Source: Flavobacteriales bacterium (GTDB lineage: Bacteria; Bacteroidota; Bacteroidia; CAIKAF01). From it: DNA of 64,000 bases. The DNA is taken from contig JBQVOK010000004.1 of assembly GCA_052437175.1 (NCBI GenBank), positions 183,337 to 247,336 of the forward strand, in the 5' to 3' direction. The notes beneath the pieces were generated by a model. That model was given only the letters and a program-made list of their open reading frames with translations, was not told the DNA's origin and ran no database searches. The stretch's first letter is position 1. Each line of letters starts with the position of its first letter. This document shows positions 29,264 through 39,863 of the stretch, piece by piece. The translations under genes were made by a program, and so were the position numbers.

Positions 29264-31576
29264 ATGCTGTTGAGAAAGTTATATACATTCCTTATCACCC
29301 TTATATGCATGCCGGCGGCGCTTCTTGCCCAGAAACCGGCCACCATCAAAGGTTTTATTAAGAATGACAAAAACGGGGAGCCGATCTTTTCGGCCAACGT
29401 TAAACTGGAAGGGACCAAGTACGGTATTACTTCGGACGCATCGGGTTTCTTTTCTCTCAACCAGCTGCCTGCAGGTTCTTATACGCTTAAGGTGACCTAC
29501 CTGGGCTATGAGACCATCAGCGAACAGATCACCGTTAAAGAAGGGGAGGCCGTGATTCGGAACTACCTGATGAAGCCTGAGGCCCGGGGCCTTTCGGGTA
29601 CCGTTATCGTTGGGGAAACGGTAAATAAAAAGGAAGATACGCGGGTGTCTACCATCAATATCACGCCCGATGATATAAAACGCCTGCCCACCATGGGTGA
29701 TCCTGACTTTGCGCAGTTCCTGCAGGTGGTACCCGGGGTAAATATGACGGGTGACCAGGGCGGACAGCTGTACATACGCGGGGGTACGCCCGTACAGAAC
29801 AAGCTCCTGCTCGACGGGATGATCATCTACAATCCCTTCCACAGCATCGGGTTGTTCTCCGTGCTCGAAACCGAGGCCATCCGCAGCGCCGAGGTATATA
29901 CGGGCGGTTATAACGCCAACTACGGCGGCCGTATTTCGTCCATTATGGACATTACCACCAAAGACGGGAACCTGAAAAGACATTCCGGCCAGATCTCGGC
30001 CAATACCTTCAGCAGCAAACTGATCCTGGAAGGACCTTTTAAGAAGATCAGCGAAAAATCGAACGTAAGCGCTTCGTACATGATCGCCGGTAAATATTCG
30101 TACCTGCCGTATTCTTCCAAACTGCTGTACCAGTACAGCGATCGCGGTAAAGAAGGCCTGCCCTTCGGTTATGGCGATATTTACGGTAAAATATCACTGA
30201 ATGCCGGTAAGGGAAATAAAGTAAGCATGTTCGGTTTTACGTATACCGACCGTGCCAATTTCCAGGGTATTTCCGATGTAAAATGGAACCAGTACGGCGG
30301 CGGACTGAACTTTACCCTGGTACCGAACAGCAGTAACCTGAAGATTGACGGTAATTTCGGTTACTCCAGCTATAAAATACAGCTGCTCGAGGGCAACAAC
30401 TCGCCCCGTTCCAGCAGCATCAACGGTTTTAACTTCGGTCTTAACTTCAACAGTTTCTTCCGCCGCGACCGCCTCATCTATGGCCTGGAAGTAGTGGGCT
30501 TCAATACCAATTTCAGCTTCTACAATGCGGCCAACCGGGCCATCTCCCAGGAAGAGAACACCACGGAATTTGCCGCCTTTATGCGCTATAAGATGAACCG
30601 TGGTAACTGGGTGTTCGACCCGGGTTTCCGTTTACATTACTATGCTTCGCTCAACAACATTTCGGCAGAACCCCGCCTGGCGGTTAAATACAACGCCTCC
30701 GAGAAATTCCGTATCAAACTCAGCGGCGGTATGTACAGCCAGAACCTGATTGCGGCCAACAGCGACCGCGACGTGGTGAACTTCTTCTACGGTTTCCTGA
30801 GCGGCTCAGACAACCTGCCCAAGACCTTCGACGGCAAACAGGTGCGCACCAAACTACAGAAGGCCCAGCACGCCATTCTCGGTTTCGAGTACGACATTAC
30901 CCGCAACCTGAGCCTGAACCTGGAAGGGTATTACAAGAACTTTCAGCAGCTGACCAACCTGAACCGCGACAAAATTTACGAAGACAATGCCCTCAATGCC
31001 GATAAACCCGACCGTCTCAAGAAAGACTTTATCATTGAGCGCGGTTATGCGGCCGGTCTCGATTTCCTGCTGAACTATAAAACCGACCGCCTGTATATCT
31101 GGGCGGTATATTCGCTTACCTTTACCCGCCGTTACGACGAGATCGATACCTATTACCCGGTGTTCGACCGCCGTCACAACATCAACCTGGTGGCTTCGTA
31201 CCGCCTGGGTAAAAAACGAAACTGGGAGCTGGGCGCACGCTGGAACCTGGGTTCGGGGTTCCCCTTTACACAAACCAGCGGTACGTATGAGCTGCTCGAT
31301 TTCCAGAACGGTATCCAGACCGATTATACCACAGCCAACGGTACCATCGGCACTATTTACGACGATCTCAACGCCGGCCGTCTGCCCTGGTACCACCGCC
31401 TGGACCTGAGTGCCAAATACATGCTCCAGATCAACGAAAGGCTCAACTTTGAGGTGAACCTGGCCGTGACCAATGTATACAACCGTAAGAACGTATTTTA
31501 TATCGACCGTCTCACCTCAGAACGGGTGAACCAGCTGCCGGTACTGCCTACCGTAGGTGTTAAGTTCGGCTGGTAA
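29264..31576 (+). CDS. TonB-dependent outer-membrane receptor with an N-terminal carboxypeptidase-regulatory-like domain
   Basis: 770 aa with a signal peptide, a CarbopepD_reg-like block (IKGFIKNDKNGEPIFSANVKLEGTKYGITSDASGFFSL) and plug motifs (RLPTMGDPDFAQFLQVVPGV). The C-terminal beta-barrel ends in an aromatic residue (GVKFGW). Confidence 0.9.
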   Translation: MLLRKLYTFLITLICMPAALLAQKPATIKGFIKNDKNGEPIFSANVKLEGTKYGITSDASGFFSLNQLPAGSYTLKVTYLGYETISEQITVKEGEAVIRNYLMKPEARGLSGTVIVGETVNKKEDTRVSTINITPDDIKRLPTMGDPDFAQFLQVVPGVNMTGDQGGQLYIRGGTPVQNKLLLDGMIIYNPFHSIGLFSVLETEAIRSAEVYTGGYNANYGGRISSIMDITTKDGNLKRHSGQISANTFSSKLILEGPFKKISEKSNVSASYMIAGKYSYLPYSSKLLYQYSDRGKEGLPFGYGDIYGKISLNAGKGNKVSMFGFTYTDRANFQGISDVKWNQYGGGLNFTLVPNSSNLKIDGNFGYSSYKIQLLEGNNSPRSSSINGFNFGLNFNSFFRRDRLIYGLEVVGFNTNFSFYNAANRAISQEENTTEFAAFMRYKMNRGNWVFDPGFRLHYYASLNNISAEPRLAVKYNASEKFRIKLSGGMYSQNLIAANSDRDVVNFFYGFLSGSDNLPKTFDGKQVRTKLQKAQHAILGFEYDITRNLSLNLEGYYKNFQQLTNLNRDKIYEDNALNADKPDRLKKDFIIERGYAAGLDFLLNYKTDRLYIWAVYSLTFTRRYDEIDTYYPVFDRRHNINLVASYRLGKKRNWELGARWNLGSGFPFTQTSGTYELLDFQNGIQTDYTTANGTIGTIYDDLNAGRLPWYHRLDLSAKYMLQINERLNFEVNLAVTNVYNRKNVFYIDRLTSERVNQLPVLPTVGVKFGW

Positions 31577-31601
31577 ATAATATTCTTTTCTATAATGATC
31601 A

Positions 31602-31636
31602 GAAAAGCCTCCCGTAAAAGGAGGCTTTTTATTTTT
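31602..31636. terminator. Bidirectional rho-independent terminator between convergent genes
   Basis: Perfect hairpin aagcctcccgtaaaaggaggctt with an A-run and a T-run on both sides. Confidence 0.75.
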
Positions 31637-32603
31637 AGTCTTTTTCGTAGTATTCGAAAGCGTCGATGATGTCGAGGTAAACCCCGTCGAAACCGGCATC
31701 CAGTATCTTTTGGGTGTACGATGCAGAATTCCCTGTGATAAGGGCCTTCCATTCCGGTTCCCAGTAAAAGACCTTGTAGTTGCCGGCCCAGTCCGGGTTC
31801 TGACGGTATAGGAACGAAGGCGTTCCCTTTTTCCATTCGTTTTTCCAGTAATAACGGTAATTTTCAGCCTCGCCGATGCTCATATACGAAATAACCAGGC
31901 GCGTGCCGCCGTGTACTTTGGTTTTCAGGGAGGCGATCTCCTGGGGGGTATAGGTTTCGTCGTTAAAAAAGGCATCCATCACGATCAGGTCGTAGTTGGT
32001 CTGCTGCAGGGCATTCAGGAAGGTCTGCTTCGAAGTGTATTTTTCGGGATTGATGAGGTACAGGAAATTGCGGGCCTCGCTCAGCTGGCTCACATTACCG
32101 TTGTGGTGGTTATACGGCTGTACAGGCTGGGAGGGAATATCGTACAGGTTACGCTCATCGGCGGCAAAGGAAATAAAGCCGTGCATTGCGTTCTGCTCGT
32201 AGGAGTGCCACATCTGGCCCGAAGCACTTGTATAATCGGTTACCATAACGGTCTTTCCGGCATCGCGCCAGCGGAACGCCCAGCTCAGCATGTAATTATG
32301 GTCTACGGAGGGCGTGGCGGTATTGTCGGATTTGTAGCCGTAAAACAGGTCTTCGCGTCCGCAGCCATCTACAGCCGCCAGGTATTCCGCGGCCAGCGGT
32401 CCGTCAGGATTACCATCGGTAGTGATCAGCTCCTGGCCATTCTGGGGGATCACGATAAAGTCCGGGTCCTGGCTGCGTGCAAACGCCGATATCTCCTGTA
32501 CGAACTGTCGCATCTCGCCGCGGTAATCCTTTTGCGGAACTTTTTTACAGCCTGCATACAGCAGCGGTGTAAGACACAGAATGGGAAGAAAATAACGTTT
32601 CAT
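31635..32603 (-). CDS. Glycoside hydrolase family 114-like lipoprotein (endo-alpha-1,4-polygalactosaminidase family)
   Basis: 322 aa with lipoprotein signal LYAGC and a TIM-barrel-like GH114 pattern (…DLIVMDAFF… / LVISYMSIGEAENYRYYW… / GFDGVYLDIIDAFEYY). Confidence 0.5.
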   Translation of the reverse strand: MKRYFLPILCLTPLLYAGCKKVPQKDYRGEMRQFVQEISAFARSQDPDFIVIPQNGQELITTDGNPDGPLAAEYLAAVDGCGREDLFYGYKSDNTATPSVDHNYMLSWAFRWRDAGKTVMVTDYTSASGQMWHSYEQNAMHGFISFAADERNLYDIPSQPVQPYNHHNGNVSQLSEARNFLYLINPEKYTSKQTFLNALQQTNYDLIVMDAFFNDETYTPQEIASLKTKVHGGTRLVISYMSIGEAENYRYYWKNEWKKGTPSFLYRQNPDWAGNYKVFYWEPEWKALITGNSASYTQKILDAGFDGVYLDIIDAFEYYEKD

Positions 32604-32652
32604 AAAAATAAAATGCGTAAAATAGAACGCGGAGTAAAGCTACTGCGTATTT

Positions 32653-33684
32653 TTGAGGCCTATGTTTTTCCCGGAAAAAAAAACGGCGGGCATCTTGCTG
32701 CCCATCCTGCTACTTTTGGTATCCTCCTGCGGGTATTACCATACCTGGTTTGTAAAGAACGTGGCAAAGGACGGCTATATTTACATATACAGTTCAAAAC
32801 CCTTTTCGTACAGCATTGAACAAATGCCTGATTCACTCTTTAAGGACCGCGCCGCATTTGTGGCCTCTGTGTACCGTTCGGGCGATACCAGTGAATGGCG
32901 CCCCGGCCGTTACCAGGTAAAAAAAGGCATGAAGGACCGGGATGTGATCAACCTGCTGAAAAGCGGCAGCCAGCAACCGGTAAAGGTAGTGCTTACCTAC
33001 GCCCGCCTGCGCGAAACGATCGCAGGGCGTGTGCCCAACAAGATCGAGGCCGATTCCGCCTCCCTGATGAAAGCCATGAACGACCGGCGTTTCCTGGATT
33101 CCCTGGGTACCGATACGGGAAATGTGATCGGGCTGTTCATCCCCAATACCTATGAATTGTACTGGAATACGGATGCCTATGGCTTTATGCGCCGTATGAA
33201 GAAGGAATACGACCGTTTCTGGAATACCGGGCGCCTGGAAAAAGCGCGTAAACTGGGCCTCACAAAAGAACAGGTGACCATACTGGGCTCCATTGTGCAG
33301 AGCGAACAGAGCCGTATCGCTTCGGAATGGCCCCGTATTGCCGGGTTGTACCTGAATCGCCTGCGTATTGGTATGCCCCTGCAGTCGGACCCTACCGTGC
33401 TTTTTGCCCTGCGTAAGTTCACGGCCAGCCGGGTGTACTATGCCGACCTGGAAGTTCATTCGCCCTACAACACCTATAAAAACAGCGGTTTACCCCCGGG
33501 GCCCATCTGTATGGTGCAGCCGGGTGTGCTGGATGCCGTGCTGGATGCCGAAGAGCATACATACCTGTACATGTGCGCCTCCGAAGCGCTGGACGGTACA
33601 CATAAATTTGCCGCTACCCTGGCCGAGCATACCCGCAATGCAAGGGCTTTTCAGCGGGCGCTGAACCGGCGCAATATACGTTAA
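32653..33684 (+). CDS. mltG: Endolytic murein transglycosylase MltG (YceG-like)
   Basis: 343 aa with N-terminal TM helix and a YceG-like domain (…LGSIVQSEQSRIASEWPRIAGLYLNRLRIGMPLQSDPTVLFAL…SPYNTYKNSGLPPGPI). Confidence 0.9.
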   Translation: MRPMFFPEKKTAGILLPILLLLVSSCGYYHTWFVKNVAKDGYIYIYSSKPFSYSIEQMPDSLFKDRAAFVASVYRSGDTSEWRPGRYQVKKGMKDRDVINLLKSGSQQPVKVVLTYARLRETIAGRVPNKIEADSASLMKAMNDRRFLDSLGTDTGNVIGLFIPNTYELYWNTDAYGFMRRMKKEYDRFWNTGRLEKARKLGLTKEQVTILGSIVQSEQSRIASEWPRIAGLYLNRLRIGMPLQSDPTVLFALRKFTASRVYYADLEVHSPYNTYKNSGLPPGPICMVQPGVLDAVLDAEEHTYLYMCASEALDGTHKFAATLAEHTRNARAFQRALNRRNIR

Positions 33685-33743
33685 CAAGTAAACCCCGGCA
33701 GGGGGTGCTGACGGGGTTTGCGGCTAAAATGGGGGTTTTAGCC

Positions 33744-34607
33744 CTAACCTAAGTAAGATTTAAGCTGTTTGCTGCGGCTTTGCTGTTTGAGGCGGCGGAT
33801 GGCCTTTTCTTTGATCTGGCGTACACGTTCGCGTGTGAGGTCAAATTTTTCGCCGATCTCTTCCAGTGTCATCGCCGGTTTGCCTTCCAGTCCGAAAAAC
33901 AGGCGCACTACGTCCGATTCGCGTGGGGTAAGTGTGCTCAGGGCACGCTCAATTTCCTTTTTCAGGGAATCGTGCAGCAGTCCGTCTTCGGGATTGGGGC
34001 TGTCTTCGCCGCGTACCACATCGTACATATTGGCCTCTTCGCCGTCTACCAGCGGGGCGTCCATACTTACGTGCTTACCGGCATTCATCATACTTTCTTT
34101 CACTTCCTCGGGCGAAAGTTCCAGGGCTTCGGCAATTTCCTCGGCCGAGGGTTCTCTTTCGAACTCCTGTTCCAGGGTGGAAAAAGTACGATTGATCTTA
34201 TTCAGTGATCCGATCTTATTGAGCGGGAGGCGCACAATACGCGCCTGTTCGGCAAGGGCCTGCAGAATAGACTGACGGATCCACCACACGGCATAGGAAA
34301 TGAATTTAAAGCCACGGGTTTCGTCAAAACGTTGGGCCGCCTTGATGAGCCCCAGGTTCCCTTCATTTACCAGGTCGGGAAGGCTGAGTCCCTGGTTCTG
34401 GTACTGTTTGGCCACAGAAACCACGAAACGCAGGTTGGCTTTTACAAGACGTTCAAGGGCATACTGGTCTCCCTTTCGGATGCGTGAAGCAAGTTCCACT
34501 TCCTGATCGGCGGTAATAAGATCCACTTTACCGATTTCCTGGAGATATTTATCAAAGGAAGCGGTGTCACGGTTTGTTACTTGTTTTGAAATTTTAAGCT
34601 GACGCAT
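33744..34607 (-). CDS. rpoD: Primary RNA polymerase sigma factor (short Bacteroidetes-type sigma-A)
   Basis: 287 aa with regions 1.2, 2, 3 and 4 (…[33 protein letters not shown]…[12 protein letters not shown]…[27 protein letters not shown]). Confidence 0.95.
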   Translation of the reverse strand: MRQLKISKQVTNRDTASFDKYLQEIGKVDLITADQEVELASRIRKGDQYALERLVKANLRFVVSVAKQYQNQGLSLPDLVNEGNLGLIKAAQRFDETRGFKFISYAVWWIRQSILQALAEQARIVRLPLNKIGSLNKINRTFSTLEQEFEREPSAEEIAEALELSPEEVKESMMNAGKHVSMDAPLVDGEEANMYDVVRGEDSPNPEDGLLHDSLKKEIERALSTLTPRESDVVRLFFGLEGKPAMTLEEIGEKFDLTRERVRQIKEKAIRRLKQQSRSKQLKSYLG

Positions 34608-34694
34608 GCAATTGGGGTTTTCACTAAGTATACGTGAAAAAATGCCTGCGGTTTCTTTTTAATATTAAATTTTTGTAATTAGGGCCGCGCCGTA

Positions 34695-36086
34695 CTATAA
34701 TACAAAACGCAGCAGGGCAAAGAATCCGCCCGCCAGTAACATGGTCACGGGCAGCGTCAGCAGCCAGGCGATGGCAATATTCCGGATGGTGCCTTTCTGA
34801 AGATTTTTCATACCGTTGCTGGCCACCATACTTCCGGCGATACCCGACGAAAGTACCTGTGTGGTGGATACGGGCAGTCCCGTTGCCGTAGCCAGCTGTA
34901 TGGTAGTGGCGGCAACCAGTTCGGCACCGGCACCCTGCGCATAGGAGAGGTGTTCTTTACCGATCTTTTCGCCAATGGTCTTTACGATACGTTTCCAGCC
35001 GATCATGGTACCGATACCGAGGCAGAGGGCGATCATAACGGCTACCCAGAACGGTGCGTACTCGATGGGCATACTGATCTTTTTGGCGGCTTTGCCCAGG
35101 TGTGCATCGGGCAGGGCTGCCAGTACGGCCGGGTCTTCGTTCATTTTAGAAAGTGCCGAAGAGGCGTCGTAGGTGCTTTTGCGTATATCCTGTACCTGCT
35201 CGGCATTGAGGCCGTCAAAATTGCTGCGTCCGGCCAGGGAACTGTCCAGGTGGGCCAGGTTTTTACGGGCTTTCTGGTAATTTTTGTTATCGAGCAGGGA
35301 GGCGGGGGCTTTATCGAGCGTAGCTGAAATGCTTACAATTTCGCGGTGCAGGGCCGTTACGTCGGTAGAATGGTCCAGTGCAAATTTGGCGGGAACAATG
35401 GCCACCAGGATCATCATAACCAGGCCGATGCCTTTTTGTCCGTCGTTACTTCCGTGTGCCACACTTACCGCGCCGCAGGTGCCGATCAGCGTCCAGCGGA
35501 TATACCAGGGCGGGGTAGCGGTCTTATCCGGTTCGGAGAACAGTTTGGGATTTTTTATGAACCTGCGCGCCAGTTTCAGCAACAGCAAGGTGCCCGTAAA
35601 CCCGACAAGAGGCGATATCAGCAGGCTGAGACCTACCTGTGTGGCCTTACCCCAGTTAACACCCTGGGCCAGGTCTATGTTTTCAATGAGTGAATAGGCA
35701 ATACCCACACCCAGTATGGAACCGATGAGCGTATGCGAGGAAGAAGCGGGGATGCCCAGGTACCAGGTGCCCAGGTTCCATACAATGGCTGCCAGCAGCA
35801 GCGACAGGATCATGGCAATATTATGCATCAGGTCCTGGTCGGTAAGTACCCCGGCCGGTAACAGTTTAATGATACCCATGGCCACGGCCGTACCGCCGAT
35901 CAGTACCCCGGCAAAGTTGAACAGGCCGCTGTAAATAACAGCCACCACCGGTTTCAGTGAATTGGTATAGATTACGGTAGCTACGGCATTGGCCGTATCG
36001 TGAAACCCGTTGATAAATTCAAATACACATGCGCACAGTAAGCACAGCAGTAACAGGAGTGTTAAATCAGCATCTAATCCGAACAT
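34695..36086 (-). CDS. pit: Inorganic phosphate transporter, PiT family
   Basis: 463 aa with the duplicated PHO4 signature (GFHDTANAVATVIYT… and …AHGSNDGQKGIGL…). Confidence 0.9.
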   Translation of the reverse strand: MFGLDADLTLLLLLCLLCACVFEFINGFHDTANAVATVIYTNSLKPVVAVIYSGLFNFAGVLIGGTAVAMGIIKLLPAGVLTDQDLMHNIAMILSLLLAAIVWNLGTWYLGIPASSSHTLIGSILGVGIAYSLIENIDLAQGVNWGKATQVGLSLLISPLVGFTGTLLLLKLARRFIKNPKLFSEPDKTATPPWYIRWTLIGTCGAVSVAHGSNDGQKGIGLVMMILVAIVPAKFALDHSTDVTALHREIVSISATLDKAPASLLDNKNYQKARKNLAHLDSSLAGRSNFDGLNAEQVQDIRKSTYDASSALSKMNEDPAVLAALPDAHLGKAAKKISMPIEYAPFWVAVMIALCLGIGTMIGWKRIVKTIGEKIGKEHLSYAQGAGAELVAATTIQLATATGLPVSTTQVLSSGIAGSMVASNGMKNLQKGTIRNIAIAWLLTLPVTMLLAGGFFALLRFVL

Positions 36087-36375
36087 GCTTTTAAAATGTG
36101 GTGCAATATTACTACCTCCAATGTTAAGCCAATGTTAAGAAATGAGGTTGCCGGAAGCTGCAAACGCCATTTCAGCTGGCTTTTCATTCTGCAATGTACC
36201 GTTTTTTTTGCCGGGTGGTGCAGCCAGGAAAAAGGCATGTTTTTTGTATACATTCAAGGGTCTGTACGTCCGAAAATGCCTGTTAGATAGTGTTTTGGGT
36301 CCCGATCCGGATAAAAGGTATGTAAGCATACAGTATTTTTGCTATCTTTATCTAATTAACGTTAACATTGCAACC

Positions 36376-37389
36376 ATGGAACGTCCGGTACAGCATCTTC
36401 CGTATTTCAGCCTGCAACAGTATACCGAACAGGATTTCGGTACCCTGGCAAAGCTGAAGATCCGACTGATAAAATGGTTTTTCATCATATCCAAGGCAAT
36501 GGTCTTCCGGTATGATTATGCAGACGATAAATACCGCAAGGGGATGGATTTTCTGACCTCGTTCCTGGGCTATCCGAAAAAACGGGTAAAGATATCGCCC
36601 TTTCGTATGGGAAATATGGCGGCCGAATGGATTGAACCGGATAATATGAAGAACGATCATGTGATCCTGTACATGCACGGCGGGGCCTATAATCACGGTT
36701 CCATGCGTTCGCACCGGAATATTGTAACGCGCCTGGCCCTGGAATGCAAATGCCGGGTGTTGATCTTTGAGTACCGCCTGGCCCCGGAATTTCCTTTTCC
36801 GGCGGCGGTGGAAGATGCGGTGGCGGCCTACAGCTACCTGCGTTTACAGGGCATCCCGGCCGAAAAGATCATTTTCTCGGGCGACAGTGCGGGCGGAGGG
36901 CTTTGCCTGGCTACGGCACTGCAGCTGCGCGATCATCACCTGCCGCTGCCCCTGGCCATTGCCTGTTTCTCGCCCTGGGGCGACCTGGAATGTTCGCATC
37001 CCGACGTGGCCTCCCGCGAGAAACGCGACCCTTTTATCGATATTAAGGCCGTACGCCTCTGGGGCGAGAAATATGCCAAAGGTACGCTGAAGCACCCCCT
37101 GGCTTCCCCCATCTACGGCAGTTATGAAGATTTTTGTCCGCTGCTGATCCAGATCGGCGAAGACGAAGTATTGTATTACGATACAGAACGCATCCGCGAA
37201 CGCTTTGCCGAAAAAAACATTCCGTGCAGGGTAGAGTCCTACGAAAGCATGATCCATGTTTTCCAGATGTTTGGCGGTTTTTTACCGCAGGCCGATCAAT
37301 CTTTCGAAAACGTTGCTACCTTTATCGAAGAAGTAAAAAAAACGGCTCTGACGCAAACCTCAAACATTAATTCTACCCAAACCGCATGA
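36376..37389 (+). CDS. Alpha/beta-hydrolase fold-3 esterase/lipase
   Basis: ORF 36142..37389. I prefer the start at ATG 36376 (MERPVQHL…). It has the oxyanion motif HGGAY and the nucleophile elbow GDSAGG. Confidence 0.85.
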   Translation: MERPVQHLPYFSLQQYTEQDFGTLAKLKIRLIKWFFIISKAMVFRYDYADDKYRKGMDFLTSFLGYPKKRVKISPFRMGNMAAEWIEPDNMKNDHVILYMHGGAYNHGSMRSHRNIVTRLALECKCRVLIFEYRLAPEFPFPAAVEDAVAAYSYLRLQGIPAEKIIFSGDSAGGGLCLATALQLRDHHLPLPLAIACFSPWGDLECSHPDVASREKRDPFIDIKAVRLWGEKYAKGTLKHPLASPIYGSYEDFCPLLIQIGEDEVLYYDTERIRERFAEKNIPCRVESYESMIHVFQMFGGFLPQADQSFENVATFIEEVKKTALTQTSNINSTQTA

Positions 37390-39845
37390 AGTTTTTCAAA
37401 TTCTTTCTTTCGGCAGTTATTCTCACAGCCCTTACCGTTCTTCTCAACAACAGTCTTAAAGTAAACAACACCTTTGTGCCTCCGCTGGGCAAACTGGTGG
37501 ATCCGGTGAACGGTTTCTGGGCCAATATGGAACCGGCACAGCCGCAGTTCCAGAAAGCGCTGAAGATGGACGGGCTTGAGGGAGAAGTGCACATATACTG
37601 GGATGAGCGCCTGGTGCCCCACGTGTTTGCACAGACTACCCGCGATATGTTCTTTGCCCAGGGTTTTGTAACGGCTTCCATGCGCCTGTGGCAGATGGAT
37701 TTCCAGACGCGTGCCGCCGCCGGCCGCCTGTCCGAAGTGCTGTATCCCACACTGGGCGAAAAAGTATTGAAATTCGACCGCCTGCAGCGCCGAAACGGTA
37801 TGCTCAGCTCGGCTAAGGCCAGCGCCGCCGAAATGATGAAGGACCCGCTCACGGCCATGGTGGCACAGGCCTACAGCGACGGGATCAATGCCTATATCGA
37901 ACGCCTTTCGTACCGCAACCTGCCCCTGGAATACAAACTCCTGAACTACCGCCCCGAAAAATGGTCGCCCCTGAAAAGCGCCCTGCTGCTGAAATACATG
38001 GCACAGATGCTTACCGACAACGACGGCGACCTGGGTATTGCCAATGCCTACAAACTCTTTGATAAGGAAGACGCCGATTTTCTCTATACGCGTTTTCCGC
38101 AGGGGACCACAGACCCGATCATCCCTTCGGGAACGCCCTGGAATTTTAATGTACCGCGCGACTCTGCCGCCCTGGCCGATTCGCTTCCCGCCGCGGCGCC
38201 ATCCGTAGCCGGCTTTTACCCCGAAATGGAAAACCCTTTTTATTTCGAAGGTATAGGCAGTAATAACTGGGCCGTAACAGGGGCCAAATCGAGATCGGGT
38301 AAGCCCATCCTGTGCAACGACCCGCACCTGGCCCTTAACCTGCCGTCCATCTGGTTCGAGATACAGCTGTGCAGCCCGGAATATAATGTGTACGGTGCCT
38401 CACTGCCGGGTTCGCCCTGTGTGATCTCGGGTTTTAACAACAATATTGCCTGGGGCGTGACCAATGGTACCCGCGACGTGCGCGACTGGTACGAGGTGGA
38501 ATGGAAAGACGCCTCTAAAAGTGAGTACAAATGGAACGGAGCCTGGGAAAAAACGGAATTTGAACAGGATACCATTCATATAAAAGGCAGGGACCCGCTG
38601 GTGCAGCGTATTCCCGTTACCCGTATGGGCCGCGTGGTGTACGAAGACAGCCTGATGACCGAAGGTTTCGGCCGCGACCTGGCCATGAACTGGACGGCCT
38701 TTATCCCGGCCAACGAGCTCAAGACCTTTATACTGATGAACAAGGCGGCGAACCATGCCGATTACATAACAGCCCTGGATAATTTCGGCTGTCCGGCCCA
38801 GAATTTTGTGTTTGCCTGTGCCAACGGCGATATCGCCATCAAACAGCAGGGCGCTCACCTCAAATACCCTGCGGGAACACACTGGGGCGTTATGAAAGGC
38901 GGTACTTCGGAAGGCTTCATCAGCGAGGTTATTCCCTACAGCCAGAACCCACACGTGCTGAACCCGGCCCGCGGTTTTGTGAGTTCGGCCAACCAGCATC
39001 CCACCGATTCTACCTATCCTTACATTTACGATGGTATGTTCGAGCATTACCGTAACCGCCGGATCAATTACCTGCTTACACAGAATTCGGGCATGGATGT
39101 GGAGTTTATGAAAACCATGCAGAATGATAATTACAATACCATTGCCTCGGAATACCTGCCCCTGATGCTGTCGTACGTTACGCCGGCCGACTGGAGCGGG
39201 CACGACAACTGGCTGGGTATCCTGAAAAGCTGGAACTACTTTAACGACGCCGGACAGGTGGCGCCGGCCATTTTCGAAAGCTGGCTGCGGCACTTCAAAG
39301 CCATGACCTACGACGAATGGGATGGCGTAAAAGGTGAAAAACAGTTGCCCGGCACCTACAGCACCTGGCTGTTGCTGAAAGACAAACCCTTTTCGAAGGT
39401 TTTTGATATAAAGAATACCGCCGCGGTGGAAGACGGAAAGGCCATCTGCCGCCTGTCTCTGGCGAGAGCCCTGGCCGACCTGGATTCCCTGAGCAAAGGA
39501 GACAGCGAGGCCCTGCAATGGTATAAGTTCAAAAACACCTCAGTACAGCATATCCTGCAGCTGAAACCGTTCAGCCGTTTCGGCATCAAAACGGGCGGTA
39601 ACTATTCCATTATCAATGCCTGCAGTGACCGATGGGGGCCGTCCTGGCGGATGATCGTATCTTTCGAGAACGGAGTTAAGGCATTCGGGATCTATCCCGG
39701 CGGACAAAGCGGTAACCCGGGCAGTGCCTATTATGCCAATATGATCGAAGACTGGGCCGGCGGCCGTTACTATGAACTGAAGTTCTTTAAGAATGCCGAT
39801 GAAGCCGCTGCGGCACAAACCCAGCATCAGAAATATTTTCACTAA
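37386..39845 (+). CDS. Penicillin-acylase (S45) family Ntn-hydrolase; possible N-acyl-homoserine-lactone or beta-lactam acylase
   Basis: 819 aa with a signal peptide. The beta-subunit N-terminal nucleophile context is GIGSNNWAVTGAKSRSGKPILCNDPHL. The start overlaps the esterase stop by 4 nt. Confidence 0.85.
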   Translation: MKFFKFFLSAVILTALTVLLNNSLKVNNTFVPPLGKLVDPVNGFWANMEPAQPQFQKALKMDGLEGEVHIYWDERLVPHVFAQTTRDMFFAQGFVTASMRLWQMDFQTRAAAGRLSEVLYPTLGEKVLKFDRLQRRNGMLSSAKASAAEMMKDPLTAMVAQAYSDGINAYIERLSYRNLPLEYKLLNYRPEKWSPLKSALLLKYMAQMLTDNDGDLGIANAYKLFDKEDADFLYTRFPQGTTDPIIPSGTPWNFNVPRDSAALADSLPAAAPSVAGFYPEMENPFYFEGIGSNNWAVTGAKSRSGKPILCNDPHLALNLPSIWFEIQLCSPEYNVYGASLPGSPCVISGFNNNIAWGVTNGTRDVRDWYEVEWKDASKSEYKWNGAWEKTEFEQDTIHIKGRDPLVQRIPVTRMGRVVYEDSLMTEGFGRDLAMNWTAFIPANELKTFILMNKAANHADYITALDNFGCPAQNFVFACANGDIAIKQQGAHLKYPAGTHWGVMKGGTSEGFISEVIPYSQNPHVLNPARGFVSSANQHPTDSTYPYIYDGMFEHYRNRRINYLLTQNSGMDVEFMKTMQNDNYNTIASEYLPLMLSYVTPADWSGHDNWLGILKSWNYFNDAGQVAPAIFESWLRHFKAMTYDEWDGVKGEKQLPGTYSTWLLLKDKPFSKVFDIKNTAAVEDGKAICRLSLARALADLDSLSKGDSEALQWYKFKNTSVQHILQLKPFSRFGIKTGGNYSIINACSDRWGPSWRMIVSFENGVKAFGIYPGGQSGNPGSAYYANMIEDWAGGRYYELKFFKNADEAAAAQTQHQKYFH

Positions 39846-39863
39846 ACACCCGAGACCCGAGAT

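Noticed and set aside
37296-39842. Minus-strand ORFs 37296..38327, 38400..39518 and 39540..39842
   Set aside because: Antisense to the penicillin-acylase gene.
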